Shown piece by piece: positions 24,507-37,820 of a stretch of DNA of 64,000 bases. Origin of the DNA: Klebsormidium nitens (taxonomy: Eukaryota; Plantae; Klebsormidiophyceae); the NCBI GenBank assembly GCA_000708835.1, contig DF237272.1:38847-102846 (forward strand). The letters are read 5' to 3'. Made by a program: the position numbers and the translations under genes. Each line of letters begins with the position of its first letter. Position 1 is the stretch's first letter. The notes under the pieces are model-generated. The model was not told the DNA's origin and searched no databases. It saw nothing but the letters and a program-made list of their open reading frames with translations.

Positions 24507-25838
24507 CTATCTGTTGGTCACACCTGTGGAGCCAAAGCCCCCAGCTCCCCTGACTGTAATGTCCAAATCGTCCACTTGGACGACCTCAGGGGTGACAATC
24601 CTCTCGAGGATAAGCTGTGCAATCCTGTCGCCAGCGCTAATCTTGAAGTCCTTGTCTGAAAAGTTGAACAGGATGACTCCCACAGGCCCCCTGTAGTCTG
24701 CATCAATCACTCCGGCTCCAACGTCGATGGAGTGCTTGTTTGCCAAGCCGGACCTCGGCGCTGAAGGGAAAGGACCAGATAAAGGGGAGTCAAGCCAAGG
24801 AGCTGAACAGAAAGGTGCACGCCCAGACCATGGAGGCATAGCCATGAGTCAATGAGGCTTGCTTGAATCAGAGAAACAAGCAGTGCCCCTCCTCAGCAGA
24901 GAAAGCCTTCTTATCCTGACAATCATTAGCATGCTGACTCAGCTGCAACCATCCAAGCATGGTGCGGTGGGTTGGTATCCTAAGGGAGCTCTGATCATAC
25001 TGGACATCAGCGGTAACTGAAAATACATTCTGCATGGGTTTCTATGCAGATTTCAGATTTTGGAATCTAGCCACCCCTTTCCCTGAAAACACACTCGCAA
25101 CCCTTCTGCTGATGCGGAAAGAACCCTTGATTGTGCTAGCATTTGGAAGCAAGCTTGACCTAATTGAACAGGCAAGCTCTTGTCTTGTTTTCTTCTCGCC
25201 ACATTGCAGACTCAGGTTTTGAGGCTCTATCCCTGGTTTGCTTGAGGAGTTGCCGATGCTCTCAGCTATGTCCCAGGCTTTTATGCAATTTGCCGGCAAA
25301 GCATGGGACATTATGCTGAGGAGGGGACAAAACTATGCTCACTTTGTAAGGAGTGGAGGAAATTGGAAGCTTACCGACTCTGGCATATGTGCCGTCTGGG
25401 ATTGCAATTGAGAGGTCCGTCTTGACAAGTGCCTGGCCCCGAGCTGGAACCACAGCCTCATATGCACTGGAAGCAGAGCATACAATAAGCAACTAAATCA
25501 GACTCTTCACACAAATTCTAGCGTCACTGAAGCCGATTGATACACATTTTTAAACATAAGCGCCTGATTCTCGCAAAGAGCTTGGATTCACTACTGAGTT
25601 AAGCTGTCAACAAATGCGCCGAAAGCTTTCATTATTGCGCCAAAAAATTCACAATTGCCACTTACCTTGACAGGTCGTATCCTGCTGCGTGTTGGGACCC
25701 TCTCGTTGGGAGCACAGCATGTTCACTCAACTTCTTCACGCGCAGCGCAGATGAGATGTCCACCTTTGCGAGTTTCTGGGCAGGCTCAGGCACAGGCGAA
25801 GCTGCGGTTGGCTGCGGGGGCTCGTTTTCATTAGCCAT
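24507..25838 (-). CDS. DUT: dUTP pyrophosphatase (trimeric dUTPase), 3 exons, about 172 aa
   Basis: Exons 25838-25666, 25466-25375, 24760-24507. All five dUTPase motifs are present: [39 protein letters not shown]. Confidence 0.95.
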
Positions 25839-26293
25839 CGAGGAATGATCAAAGATTATGTAGCTGTGCTGGCGTCTAGGAGGACCTCTTGGCAACTTCC
25901 TTTGTTGGTGACTTCTCCAGAAGTTTGCAGGGGACAAGGAGACGGAGACGAATGCGGTGGCTGGGCGGTTTCCAGATAAGGCTTGCAGAAAATGAGAATG
26001 GACAATCGAGCAGCTCGCGTCGGATACCTGGGAAGAATCTTGCTGAAAGTGAGAGCAGGCAAGTGAGCGGCTTGATTTGGAAAGCTGGCAAAAATGTGAG
26101 GCGAGCATGATGTGCACTCATCTGCTTCTTTGAAGACAGAACTCTGAGTCTTCGCAACAAATTGGAAAATTCGCTGCGCCTTTCACTCTGCTTGAATCAC
26201 AAATGTGGCGGGAGGGGTACGATTTTGAGACGTCGGATGGAGGATGCAACAACGATCTAACGGCCACGATCCAATTCTGTTTGCAAAACCCTG

Positions 26294-26315
26294 GCCAATC
26301 CAAACCCTCCACGTG
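26294..26315. promoter_or_regulatory. CCAAT box plus CACGTG G-box in the dUTPase/TRM6 divergent promoter region
   Basis: ggccaatc is followed by CACGTG at 26310-26315, within a 650-bp head-to-head spacer. Confidence 0.35.
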
Positions 26316-26486
26316 ACAGGCTTGTGCGAATTGAATGGATCGGACTCGCGGTAGCGGCCGCGCGGTCAGCGCTAAAAGGCTAATGTCTAGACTCAAGACT
26401 CAGAGCTGATCGTGCTAGCTAGGCTGGTCGTGACAATGACATCACTGACACAATTGAGAGCCGGCTTCCTTTAATCTGGGTCCAAG

Positions 26487-29400
26487 ATGGCGGCCATTTT
26501 GCAGGAGGCCCCTGTGCAAGCCGCCCTGCAGATCGCATCGCCGATGCTCGCAGTAGGTGGTGCTGAGGGGACAATTGGAGCCAAGGTGGCGCCGTCTGAA
26601 GTGCCGTACAAGCTGGTCGAACGGCCACAGGAACTCATTCAGGAGGGCACATCCGTGCTGCTTGACATCAATGGCGAGAAAACGAGCTTTGCGGTCGTGA
26701 AGAAAACACTGTAAGTTTTTGCGAATTGGTGCCTTCAATCTGTTGGTGCCCTGCTGGAGCTATTGCTTGGTGGTTACAAACATGATTTGGGTGTGGGATC
26801 TTGCGTTGCATGATCAAGGAGCTGTCTCGGTTCTGATTGGCTCAGCCATTGCTTTCCTTCAAAAATCCTGTCATGGTTGCTTTGCTTCTAAAGTACCTTA
26901 GAGGTCTGGTAATGGTGGCATTATACTGCAGTTTCACCTTCTAAAGTGTCGGGGTTTTGATTGAAAAGTAACACATTGAGGCCACCACCTAGTTCACACG
27001 CACCTGCAAGCACCTGTATCCGATATGCAGAGAATTGATCGGCCCCATCTACCAAAAGCCGCTCATCAAGAAGAATTTTCTGATTTTGGTCTGGCATTCG
27101 TCCTGCAGGAAAGTCAGGGTCGGCAAGAACCTGGTCTCTTTGGAACCACTGATTGGGTTACCTTTTGGCTCAAAGTTTGAGGTGCGGACTGGCCCAAACA
27201 CAGCGGACCTTGTCCCTGTGTCAGCAGCCAAAGCAGCGGAGGCTGCAAAAGCAAGGGAAGAAACCCCTGGCACGGAAGGAGAGGAGGGGCCTAGCGGGGG
27301 GAATGGAAAGCAGAGGGAAGAAATGGTTCAGAGTCTGGTGGCGAAAGTGACTGAAGAGAGAGCGCTGAAAGTTGGGGCTTCTCCTGCCGCCGTGAAGAAG
27401 GACAACCGAGCGCTGGTTGACAATAACACAGCGCAGGCGCTGTCAAAGGAAGACGTTGAGGAGCTGCGGAGGTGAGGGCCGCACAAACCTTCTATTGTCT
27501 CAGGTTTGTTGCTTCATTGGGAGCACTTGTCTTTTAAGCCCGCGCTCGATCATGAACTGGCTCATTGGTGGTGGTGTTCTTGAACAGTAGGAGGAGCGTG
27601 CGTTCTTAACATGATCGATTGTGTTGTCTTATCGGGGAATCTCTACACGCCAGAAGTTCCTCCAGAACTGCTGTGCAATGCGGGCGGCTTCTTCTCGACT
27701 TGCCCAGCAATAACACCACCGCTCTCAGTGATCAAATTTGTGGCCCTTGTGGCCCTTATAGTCTAACATACTTCTGCTTTTGTGACTTGGGCCGTGTTTG
27801 GCCTCACATTGGTTTTCTCTAGTGACCTTTGGCCATCATCATTCCCACCAGCGTCCTCCAAAGACTCTGCCTGAGCGCACCTCTTATGAAGAACCGCAGG
27901 GCTCTGACAATCCTCTTTTCCAGATTCTTTGTCTATCACAACACATCAAATTTCTTTTTTGCAGGCAGGGCCTTTCGGGTCAGGAGATCATCCAGGCACT
28001 GGTGGCCAACAGCGCGACGTTCAGCGGCAAGACCGAGTTCTCCCAAGAGAAGTACTTGAAGAAGAAGCAGAAGAAGTATGCGCCGCAGATGACGGTGCGG
28101 CGCCCGTCGGGCCGCAGCGTGTGTGAGGCGTACTTCAACAAGAACCCTGAGAAGACGTGGTGAGATTGTCCCTAATGCGCTTCAAGTAATTTTGTTGTGA
28201 AGATTGTTTTGTGCAAGGCTATGTTGAGGACCTGGTTGTGAAGTATGCGCCTGGAAAGCAGCGTGGTTGCAAATTGCAAGGATGACCATGGTTGGCTTTG
28301 TCCTGGCAATGAGAACGACCGAATTCAATGAAATCAGTCGAATGGCCATCATGTTTAGTGTTCGAGTCCCGTCTGTCAGCACTGACCCCACTCATTTATT
28401 TTTCATGCAAGAAAGTGCCTAAAACTCGATAGATCTGGTTTTTGAAGCGTGCCAAGTTGATTAGCGACTGTCGCAGGCATGTGTCTGCCATTGCTGCGAG
28501 CTCTTCGTATCTGAAGTCGATTCCCTCTGTTTCTTGTGAGCGTGGAAGTTCGACAAGGTCGCACGAAATCTGACGAAATTTGATGGGGCCGCTGCCAGTG
28601 ATGTAACTTGTCATGCACCACTCTTAGCACCCGTGCTGATAGACACTACTACCAAGATCTGAGGCTTGGCGGCCCCTTTGTCTCGTATCGGATGTGAAAT
28701 ATCGATGTTATGATGTTGTTCCTGGCAGCGCTTTCAGTGTCGTTCGTGCATTTTTCTTCTGACGATAACAAAGGCCTGTGATGTTTCCATGGAAGTGGCT
28801 TGCATCGACTCTCTTATTTACTACGCTGTTGAAAGAGCATCTCAAAGACGTTGTGATGCAGTTTTCGCCCTCAATATTTTGATTCTTAGACAATTAATCT
28901 GCTTGATCTGCTTGTTCAGTTCTCCCCCCAAAGCTTGAATCAAATTTGTATGGCAAGTAATTCGTCTTCTCTCAAAGAGTGTTTCGCTGTCCTCTTCGAT
29001 GCGATTCCAAACCTCGCGGGTGTTCCCCTGGAATGATGACTATTTTTGCTACCTACTCAGAGTGCCTCCCTCTCCCCTTTCCCATCTTCTTCTAAAAGGC
29101 CTGAGCTCTTCTTCTCGCGCCTTGCAGCCACCTGCGCACCGATTCCCTCTCCTTCTTGCTCGCAATGTCCAACGCGAGCGCCCACCACGACGTTCTCGTT
29201 TTCGAAACGTGCGGAGGCCTTGTCACGGCCGCGGTCGCAGAGCGCCTAGGGGGCCACGGCACTCTCTGCAGCACCTACTCAGGGCCTCGCCCCGACTCTA
29301 TCGACCTCGCGCGCATGTTCAACTTTGACGAAGCGACCGCAAATAGCATCTCGCGGGCGTCAATGCAGTCACTGGTCGATGGTCGGTCGAAAAAGGGGGA

Positions 29401-31854
29401 GAACGCGGAAGCAAGTGGGAGAGAACTAGACGAAGCGACGCAGGCAGGAGAAGAAGAGGGAGCGAGAATGGGGGCAGACGTTGACGTGGCCACTGCGGGA
29501 GGGGAGCCTGCGAGCGCAACAGGGGCGAGTGAGATGGATGTTGATGAAAAGCCGAGTAATTCGAAACAGGGGCCTAGCGAAGTAGACGAAGGGGCGACTG
29601 ACGGGTGGCGAAACCTAGGCGTTGGTTTAGAGTCGAACGAAGAAGAAGCAAAGGGAAGTGGTTTGCGAACAGAGCGAAACGAGGTGGGGGTTTCTGGAGA
29701 GGGCCCTGTAGAAGCAGAAGGCACCGGGTGGCGGGGCCTGGGAGTGGGGGACGAAACTGTGACCGGCAGCGAAGCAGGGCCTTCCAACCGGGCGACCAAA
29801 GCGGCAGAGAGGAAAGCACGGAGAGACGAAAAGAGGAAGGCGGAGGGAGGGGGGAACAAGGGGAACAGGCTCGGCATGGCGGCGAGTGAGGAGCTGTTAC
29901 AGCAGTGGGCTAGGCAAGGATTTACGAGGTGCGTCGCCTTTGCTTGTTTGCTACGCATTGCCTAAGAACTCGTGTTTTCCAAAAGCACGATATGCGAAGC
30001 TGAAATTGCGTACTCAAGGAGATGCGGTGCTATGAGGAGGGTCTCAGAGCCCGTTTTTCGAGGCCATGTGGCTGATCGACGCTTGCTCACAGGTTTAGTG
30101 ACCTGCGGGGCGCTAATAAGGTTCTTCGGAAGGAACGCTTCCGGAATGTCAAGGCTGTTCGCGTTCTCAGCGTTGCAGGTTATCACATTGACCTTGACAA
30201 CTTTATCTGCTCCTCCCTCTCCTGTGCGCTGCGTGATGACGCAACTGCGACTCACTGGAGTGAGTGTGCCGCTGCATAGAGCGACTCCAGCCTTTGACAC
30301 CTGTCCTTTTGGGTGCAGCCTTGTAGTTGCCGCGCCGAATTTCCAGCCCTTAGCAGTCGCTCAAGTGATGCTCCCGCTGCTGGCCCCTTCTTCGTGCTTC
30401 GCTTTCTACCATACGTCGCTCCAGGTAAGGGTTTTTGGCTGACCTTTCACGAGGTCGATCGCTTTCAGCATTCATGTGAAGGAAGGCATAGGCTTAGATC
30501 GGACGCAAGGATTGTAGCTTATATTTGTTTCCCTGTTTGTCTGGTATATTGTTGGCGGGAAGTGGTAAGATGAGCTGTCCGGTGAGTTCAGACGCATGAT
30601 TCGGCGCTGCAGAAAAGTCAACCTTTTCAACTTCTTTGAAGAGGCAGTCTTCAATAGGTTTCAGGCATCAATACGTCCCTGTAGCTTTCTCGAAGCAGGC
30701 ATAGAGGGTCAACTGAATAACCCGTTTACAGGACTCCGATCGAACCGTCCGGTACGCTTCCTTTATTTTGGCTGGATTTAGCACAGCCGTTCCTTCAATA
30801 CAAGCCGTCAAAGTTGTGTCTGAGTATTCTAGTGCGATCTGAACCAGTAATTGAGACCTTTTCAGAAGAAAGCTGTAGATTTTGAGACAATGTCAGTCCC
30901 AACAATTGCTCTTTCCGCAAGCGTCGCCGTATCGACCAGAGTCAGCCAGCATCCGCTCCTATCGGTGCGGTTTCAACAGCATTCTTCCGGTCCTGTCGAA
31001 GGCACTTATCTCGTCTCATGACCAATCATATTCGAGCCTGCTTTTGCAGCCTCTGGCCGAATGCATGCACTGGCTCCAAGTGAACCGAAAGGCTGTCGCG
31101 TTGCAACTTGGGGAACCGTGGCTACGAGAGTACCAGGTACGTTCTGGCGGTTCAGGTCATCGACCTACTTCGGCTGCAGAAGAGCCCAGGCTTCGATGTT
31201 AGGCAAAATGAAGAACCTTGGCGATCTTTTTCTACTGTTCAAAGCACGCAATCCAGTCTCGAGCATTTGGACCGCTTGTCATGGTGGCGGCATTAGAGGG
31301 TGTGTTACATCGAGCACGTCAAAGGATGGATGCATCTGGACGTTGGTTAAACAGGAACCTCGTGTCAGGTGAAGTCTGGTTTCTCTGCGCTGGTGCACGT
31401 TGATGTATTTTCCTCGATTATTGCACCACTTAGGATAGACTGGTGATGCAGATAAATACTGCCTCATTTGCAGAGCACTATCATACATTCCGTCAGTTTG
31501 CTGCTGGCTTGAGTCTTGCGATTGCTTGCAGTGTGCATCTATCGAGGGAAGTCTGTGCCGAGCCCGTCTACATGATTTTCCTCATCAGCCAGAGGGACGA
31601 TTCCTACTACTTCAAATCTGGGGCAAAGTGATTCATTGTTGCGCCCGTCTTTGTCGCAGGTGCTGCCGGCCCGGACACACCCCCAGATGCAAATGAGCGC
31701 CACGGGCGGTTACGTTCTGAGCGGCATAACCATCGTGGAGGAAGCGAACCCAGTAGAGGAAGAGAACAAGTCGAAAGAAGCGGGCAATAAACGGAAGCGA
31801 GGCAAAGGGGCTCCGCCGAGAGGAGGCGGAGGGAAGAGAGGCCGGGGACGATAA
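26487..31854 (+). CDS. TRM6: tRNA (adenine-58-N1)-methyltransferase non-catalytic subunit TRM6/Gcd10, 7 exons, about 656 aa
   Basis: Phase-consistent exons: 26487-26710, 27109-27471, 27965-28159, 29128-29928, 30319-30424, 31050-31136, 31660-31854. Motifs: LIGLPFGSKFEV, DNRALVDNNTAQALS, NSATFSGKTEFSQEKYLKKKQKKY, WLREYQVLPARTHPQM...GGYVLSG. Confidence 0.92.
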
Positions 31855-33099
31855 GGGAGGAGCTTTTTACCAGCCCATAAAATGCACGCGCATTAGTAGC
31901 ATGGAGCACTTGGCACTTGCATGCCGGCTACTTTCTGCAGAGACACATTCACAATAACTGACGTGAACGACGAAGTTCAACTTCAGGCGCGCAAAGAGAC
32001 CCTAGGTTGAGGCAGATTGTGTGCTTAGTGCCTGCCGTGAGAATGTGCTTTGTAATCTCTCATCTGCCACCTACGAGGAGACGAACAAGCATGTAGATGC
32101 ATAGTTGTTCGGCCTCGTTGAACCAACCAAATAGTTCTTCATGTTTGCATGTTGAAGCGTCAAATCATGTGGATGAAAGCGAGTGAGGTTGGCGGCCTTA
32201 AGTTTAGCTCCATATTGCCATATTCTTAGTAGCCCGGGTAACAATACTACGATCTATTACGTGATGCCTTACTCCCAATAACACAACAACTCAATGTCAA
32301 GAAGTGAGTGCCACAGCACCTCCGTGGCACCTCCGAACACAGGCTCAAATGTCAATGATACGACCGGAAGCGGCGGCCGTGAAGAGATCCCCACGGCCTA
32401 CGAAACTTGACAACGCCAATGGCCTCGCACCAAGTGTGCTCTGTACTGCTCGTGCGGCTCTATGATGTTCTCTTTTCAAACGCCGTAGCCACATGGGCCA
32501 TAGGCTTCCATGGCATACATGGGAATAAGTGTTGAGTTTTGAACGCCTAGCTACCCTCCCAAATCTTCATGTGCTACATTAGTCCAAACCTAGCTGATGA
32601 TGGATAGCTAGCTGGCCTGACTGCGCTGCTCGCATGCCGTGATGTCGAAGTTGAGCAATGAAGAAAGAATCATACCATCTTGCAAACTCGGCCTGTCGGC
32701 CTCGTGGTGAACTGCTCGAGTTGTGGGGGATCCCTTGCGCCTGAGTATCCGCGTATCTGGGCAGAGTGTCCACGTGTACTGCTCAGATCCAATCACATTC
32801 CAGAATGAGGTATCTAGAATCCGCTTGTCTCATTGGCTCTTTTTTGAGCTTTTGAGGCGCTTTTCGGGATTTTCCACAAGATCACCAATGCTTGCAGTCG
32901 TGGATGTGAATACTCCGAAAAGCACACTTCGAATCTGCTCGTCTGCGATATTTGGCAGGGAGCTGCGTGCGAGCACTTCGCGTGAGTCACTTGATCTCTT
33001 CAACCTCAGCAAACTATTTTGTGGAGGCGCCTTTCTCCTCTACCTATTTTGTTAACTACGAGCCCCTGAATCCTTCGTCGTCAGTGTAGACTGCTCGTC

Positions 33100-36000
33100 A
33101 TGGCTTCTGTAGCTTGCCTGGAGGCGTCCGTCAGCGGGTCTTGCTTGTCCAGGGGGGCACTCACAAATTCGCAGACCTTTGAGAGCCGGCAATGCAGTGC
33201 AATTTGCAGCTTGCGTTCCTCGCATCAGAACAGCAGGCAACAAACAGAATTGCCAGTGTTCTCTGGCTTGGGACAGAGCCTCAGGTTGGGAGTCAATAGC
33301 AGAAAGACATGGGCAAGGAAAGTGAGGGCTGCGGTGCCGATGAGGGCAACGAGGATGGCCCTTGGAGAAGATCCCGAGTTTTTTGACGATGACTATATAG
33401 TGGTTGGACTCGCTCACTGCTTTGTGAAGGACGACAACTCAAAATTGCAGGTGAGACAGAATGGGGTCTGAGCTGGCCCTTTGCTTGGTCGATTTCTTGA
33501 AGGGCATTTGTCCACCTGCGGGCTGTGTCTGGACAGCATGAAATACGATAGCACTCCGAGCTACTTGGAGCATACATTGTGTACGCAATGACAAGCTCCT
33601 TGCTACCAATCTGAAAAGTCAGAAGGATTCTTCTCAGAATTCTGGCCAATGTGGTTCCACTCGTGCCAAATACTGTCGTAAACCTTTTGGGCCTTCTTAG
33701 GAGCCAAGGGGCGACAATTTGCACACTCACCTGGTCTGCATATGCTTCTATACGGACTCCGTCTCTAATGCATCATCATGAGGTTGTTTTGCTAGGATGC
33801 CGTTCAAAGTGTATTTGAGAGATGCAAAAAGCCGCGTTTCTTGCAAGCAGGTTTGTCGGTAAAATTGGAAGGGCACCTCGGCAATGCCTGTCTTCTTCGA
33901 CCTTCCACCTGCGTCTCCATCGTTTTTTGCTGCTTTTGGAGTTCCATTTTCTGGCATTGTCATCTGTTGCATGATCAATTGGCTGTCACGTGTCAACTCC
34001 TCAAGATTACCACTCACCATTCCGCCCTGGATCCGCAGGATGTGTTTGTAATTGAGGGAATTCCCGCGGGGGCGGTCGAGTGCATGGACAACGGGGGTGT
34101 CACATGCTACAAGCACTCGTACGGGACGACCCTGGGTGAGATTCTGAAGCAGGACGCGAGCATTCTGCCGGAGGAGTTCCAGGGAGGCGTGTTTGCGGAC
34201 GACTTTGACTATCGGACGAAGTGCGCGGCCCGGACGTGGAAGAGGTCGCACGCGCAGGAGCACCTTCTGTAAGCCAATCTCCGCACTTGACTCACTTTCC
34301 TTTCAAGGGTTTTGACCCGCTTAGCTTTTTGAGGAGTGATGCCGATCAAATGTTGGTCACCACGGAATATTGCCGGCCACCATTACCAGGCTACTACTTG
34401 CAGAGCAGAATTAGGGTTTGGGTGGCATTATAACACCTGTCATCTGTCTTGATTCTCAACACGAACGAAAGTATTCAAGACTCTCTTGGTGCGGAAGAGC
34501 GTTCTATTTGACGGATATGGGCAGCCAGCCACCAACACCGTCAGGCTGCCGTCTTCGTGCTGCCCGGAGGGACGGGTATTTTCATAAAGTATCCGCTGTA
34601 CTCCCTAATTTGATAGTAAAGTATGGTTGCGGCATAAAGATCTGTTGGCTCTCCCACATGGAAAAATCGCCCACATGGAAAAATCGCACAAGCGGCCCTT
34701 CCGCTGAGAAAGCGAATCATCTCTGCGAGCACCTTCATTGATCAGTTGGTGGTGCTTTCTTATTTTTCCTCTCTCAGTTGCCTCAGTGCCGTTGTAGTTG
34801 AGTTGAACTGAGACCTTAGGCAAGCTGGCCCCTTGATTTGGTTTTGTCAGTGAAAAGTATCGTACGTCCAGTTCGCTTTGACTTTGTATTAAAGCTGAGG
34901 ATTTCGGCCACAGAAGCTTGTGTCTCCTCTCTTGCGCCCTTGCGACTCCTTCGTTGTACTGCTTTTCAATAGCATTTGGCGCACTTGTTACTCACAACCA
35001 GGTTCTAAATATACTTTCTGCATTACCGTAGCTGGCATATGGAGTACCTGGGATGGTCTGATCTTCAAACGGTGGTCCGTTTAAAGCGGCCTAAACCTCT
35101 TGATAGCCATTGGCCTAATCTGTCTTTTGGACGCAGGCCCTTTTGCCTAAGTAGGAAGAGGGAAGAGATAGTTCCTTATCACCCACTGTTGTAGAGACCA
35201 CACATTGTTCTTGGCCCGCTGTTCACTGCAGTATTTCTCATTGGATCGTTTTCTGCTTGCTCGTCTTCCTTCTCGAAGCTCCTTTCTTTGGGTAAATTCA
35301 ATACCAGATCTTGTGGCAAGTTGAAAAAGCTGTGGCGTCACATTCAGGAAGTTTTAGGACGTGCGGGTTCTTTTGTTCCTTTGCTTCACAGAGGATTCTG
35401 CCTACCTATACTTGAGCCATTAAGTCTTGCACGCTGTTGAAAGTGCTGGCATATGATGTTGCATATGCAGACCATACTTACGTGTCTTCTGGCTGCTTGA
35501 GGTATGTTAACATCGTGAAAGGGGAGGCAATCTCATCTGCTCAGCCAGTTTCAACCTTCCCAAGACTTTCACTACATGCTGCAGGCTTGCCGCTGCAGTA
35601 ATTCGGAGTTGGTCTGTCTGAAACAGACCCAGGGCATCAGTTGTGTCCCAGGCCTGCAAATCTGGAGTATGAGTTGAGAGTCAGAAGCTTCCTGCGATGA
35701 AAGGTCATTGAACGCGTCAAATACAAAAAGAGACTTGGTTCTGCTTAACATGCCAGTCCTGTCCCCAGGTTTCAGACTGCCTTACCACTTTGTAACCTGG
35801 GGGCATTGGAAGGTTTTCAGAGGCATTCTTATATATTCTGCACCGGAGGCATGAATGGCAATCGAGTGGGGTAACTATCGTCTTTCGGACGTGGAAATTG
35901 CCTTCACATTTGAGACAAAAATTATCCTTTTCGGGCCACCAGAATTACCGGTGTGGTTGATCAAAGTCTATGGAGGCCAGGCAGAAGGTTTCGATCAGCT

Positions 36001-36631
36001 TGAGACACTGGCAACGCTAGGATCAATCACTGGATGACTAGTTCACCAGATGACTAGTTCACCACCGAGCTTCATCGTGGTTCTGAATTGCCGTAGTACT
36101 CCACTCTTTAGGTCATCGAATCCGGATGACGTTGTTTGGGGCTGAGTTGGTGATTGCCAGAGTCTTCCTTGTGCACAGTCTATCCCAGCGACAGGAAATT
36201 TTCTTGTTAAAAGCGCCTCAGATGATCGTACTCTGTTTGTTGTTTGTTTCGTGCTCGTTCTCAGTTCGTTGGTATATCTGCAGGTCGAGGTCTTTGTTTG
36301 GTACAATTCTTCAAACGTTTTTGATTTTTTTCCTGGGCCCCAGATATATACGTCAACATGAATCCACTTGTTGCTACAGCACTGCGCTGATACCTACCTC
36401 GCTGATACCTCAAGTGAACGCCAGCATTACCAAATCTGCTGCAGGAACATGGTGCCGATTGGGTCAGTCAGGAGCGACTTCAACTATAAGATCGAAGACA
36501 AGCGGGTCTTGAACCAGGAGAATGATGTCAAGGACGAGGACAACATCAAGCAGGACTTGAGCATCGACGTTTACGGCAGGAAAAAGGAAGATGAGGAGGA
36601 GAACGAGGTTGCCAAGTTGTACTCCGCATAA
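33100..36631 (+). CDS. Conserved plastid-targeted hypothetical protein of cyanobacterial type, 3 exons, about 255 aa
   Basis: Phase-consistent exons: 33100-33450, 34039-34268, 36445-36631. A Ser-rich transit-peptide-like N-terminus precedes DDYIVVGLAHCF...EGIPAGAVE...FDYRTKCAARTWKR...GSVRSDFNYKIEDKRVLN. I recall this pattern from conserved cyanobacterial/plant proteins of unknown function. Confidence 0.8.
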
Positions 36632-37820
36632 ACTGCCTCTGCATGTGCTCGTTGTGCGCCCGTGTTTGGTAATGCTCATATAGAAGTGGTCCAATAAGCA
36701 TTTTGATTGCAGGTCCAGAGTGTATGGTATGCATGATAGTTCGACAAGCTCGTCGTGAGATCTTCTGATACCTCGGACAAGATTTATAAACAGCAATGGA
36801 CTTTTGATAGCGTGCAGAGTTGCAGCGTTGATAGTCAACTTGAACACATAGGCCCCTATTCTTGTACCAAAAGCTTTTGAGTCGCTGCACAACACCATTG
36901 CGCAATGCGTGCAGTCTTCTGCGGCCAAACCTTAATCCAAGGCTGAGACGGTCCTTTTCATCTTGGCACTGAATCGTCATATATTTAGTAGGTTGCATAG
37001 TCGCCACGCGTGCTGACCTTCTGCCCATGCAACGGAAAAATTGGAGGGCTACTGCTCAGCCTTCCACACTAAAGTGAATGTCTCGGAATACTACCTAGTA
37101 GCGAAGTCAACGGTCACCATAGCTCTCGCCAAAACAAGCTTGCCAGCTTCCAAGCATTCTATGTTCGTTTTAATATATGGATACATTGCAACGGTGCTTC
37201 ACGCTAAACTCCGTGCGTCGCGGTCAATGATGGTCGTGCCAGCAATTATTTGCCCTTGCTAGTCCTTGAAAATACAGCTGTACTTTCAAGGACTTTCGTC
37301 GAGCTTGCATGCTGAGTTAGAACTTAGAATTACGTCACTGTAATCCGAGCTTATCTTCAAGAATAAGTTATGTGCAGCATGCTAGGCCTAGGCTCACCTT
37401 AATGGGTGTATACGTAGCTAGGTACTTTATGATAGAACTGTCGGGCCATCGTCAGTGCCTGTACGTACAGTGAAGCAATGAAACTGACTTCGTAGATCGA
37501 GCATGAGCCTATACGTCTGACATGCCTGAGCCGCATGCATCATGTTGAGTACTAGTACGGTATACAGCATCACTGTATTAAGCAGGCACGAGTTTGTAAC
37601 CGCTCTACTGCAACAACCTGACGGCCCGCACGCGGTCGTGAAAACGATGAATCAGTGCTGACAATTCTCCTTCATGAGAACTGCATACCAGATGTCGTCG
37701 ATCTGGAAAACTTTAGGCCCCAGTTTCAGAACGGTCAGATTGAAATCCGCAATCTGATTGATCGGTCGGACCCGATCGGATTGCCAACAACTGACACCAG
37801 AACACCAAAGGATCAGCTTA

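Noticed and set aside
15952-31854. Helicase-dUTPase-TRM6 adjacency as a nucleic-acid metabolism cluster
   Set aside because: These are ordinary housekeeping genes acting in different compartments, and nothing in the sequence indicates a functional cluster.
35851-36631. Possible standalone 68-aa microprotein (MNGNRVG|NMVPIGSVRSDF...) using a mini first exon at 35851-35870
   Set aside because: The 36445-36631 exon is better explained as the in-phase last exon of the gene starting at 33100. The mini-exon donor (gtaact) is weak and unsupported.
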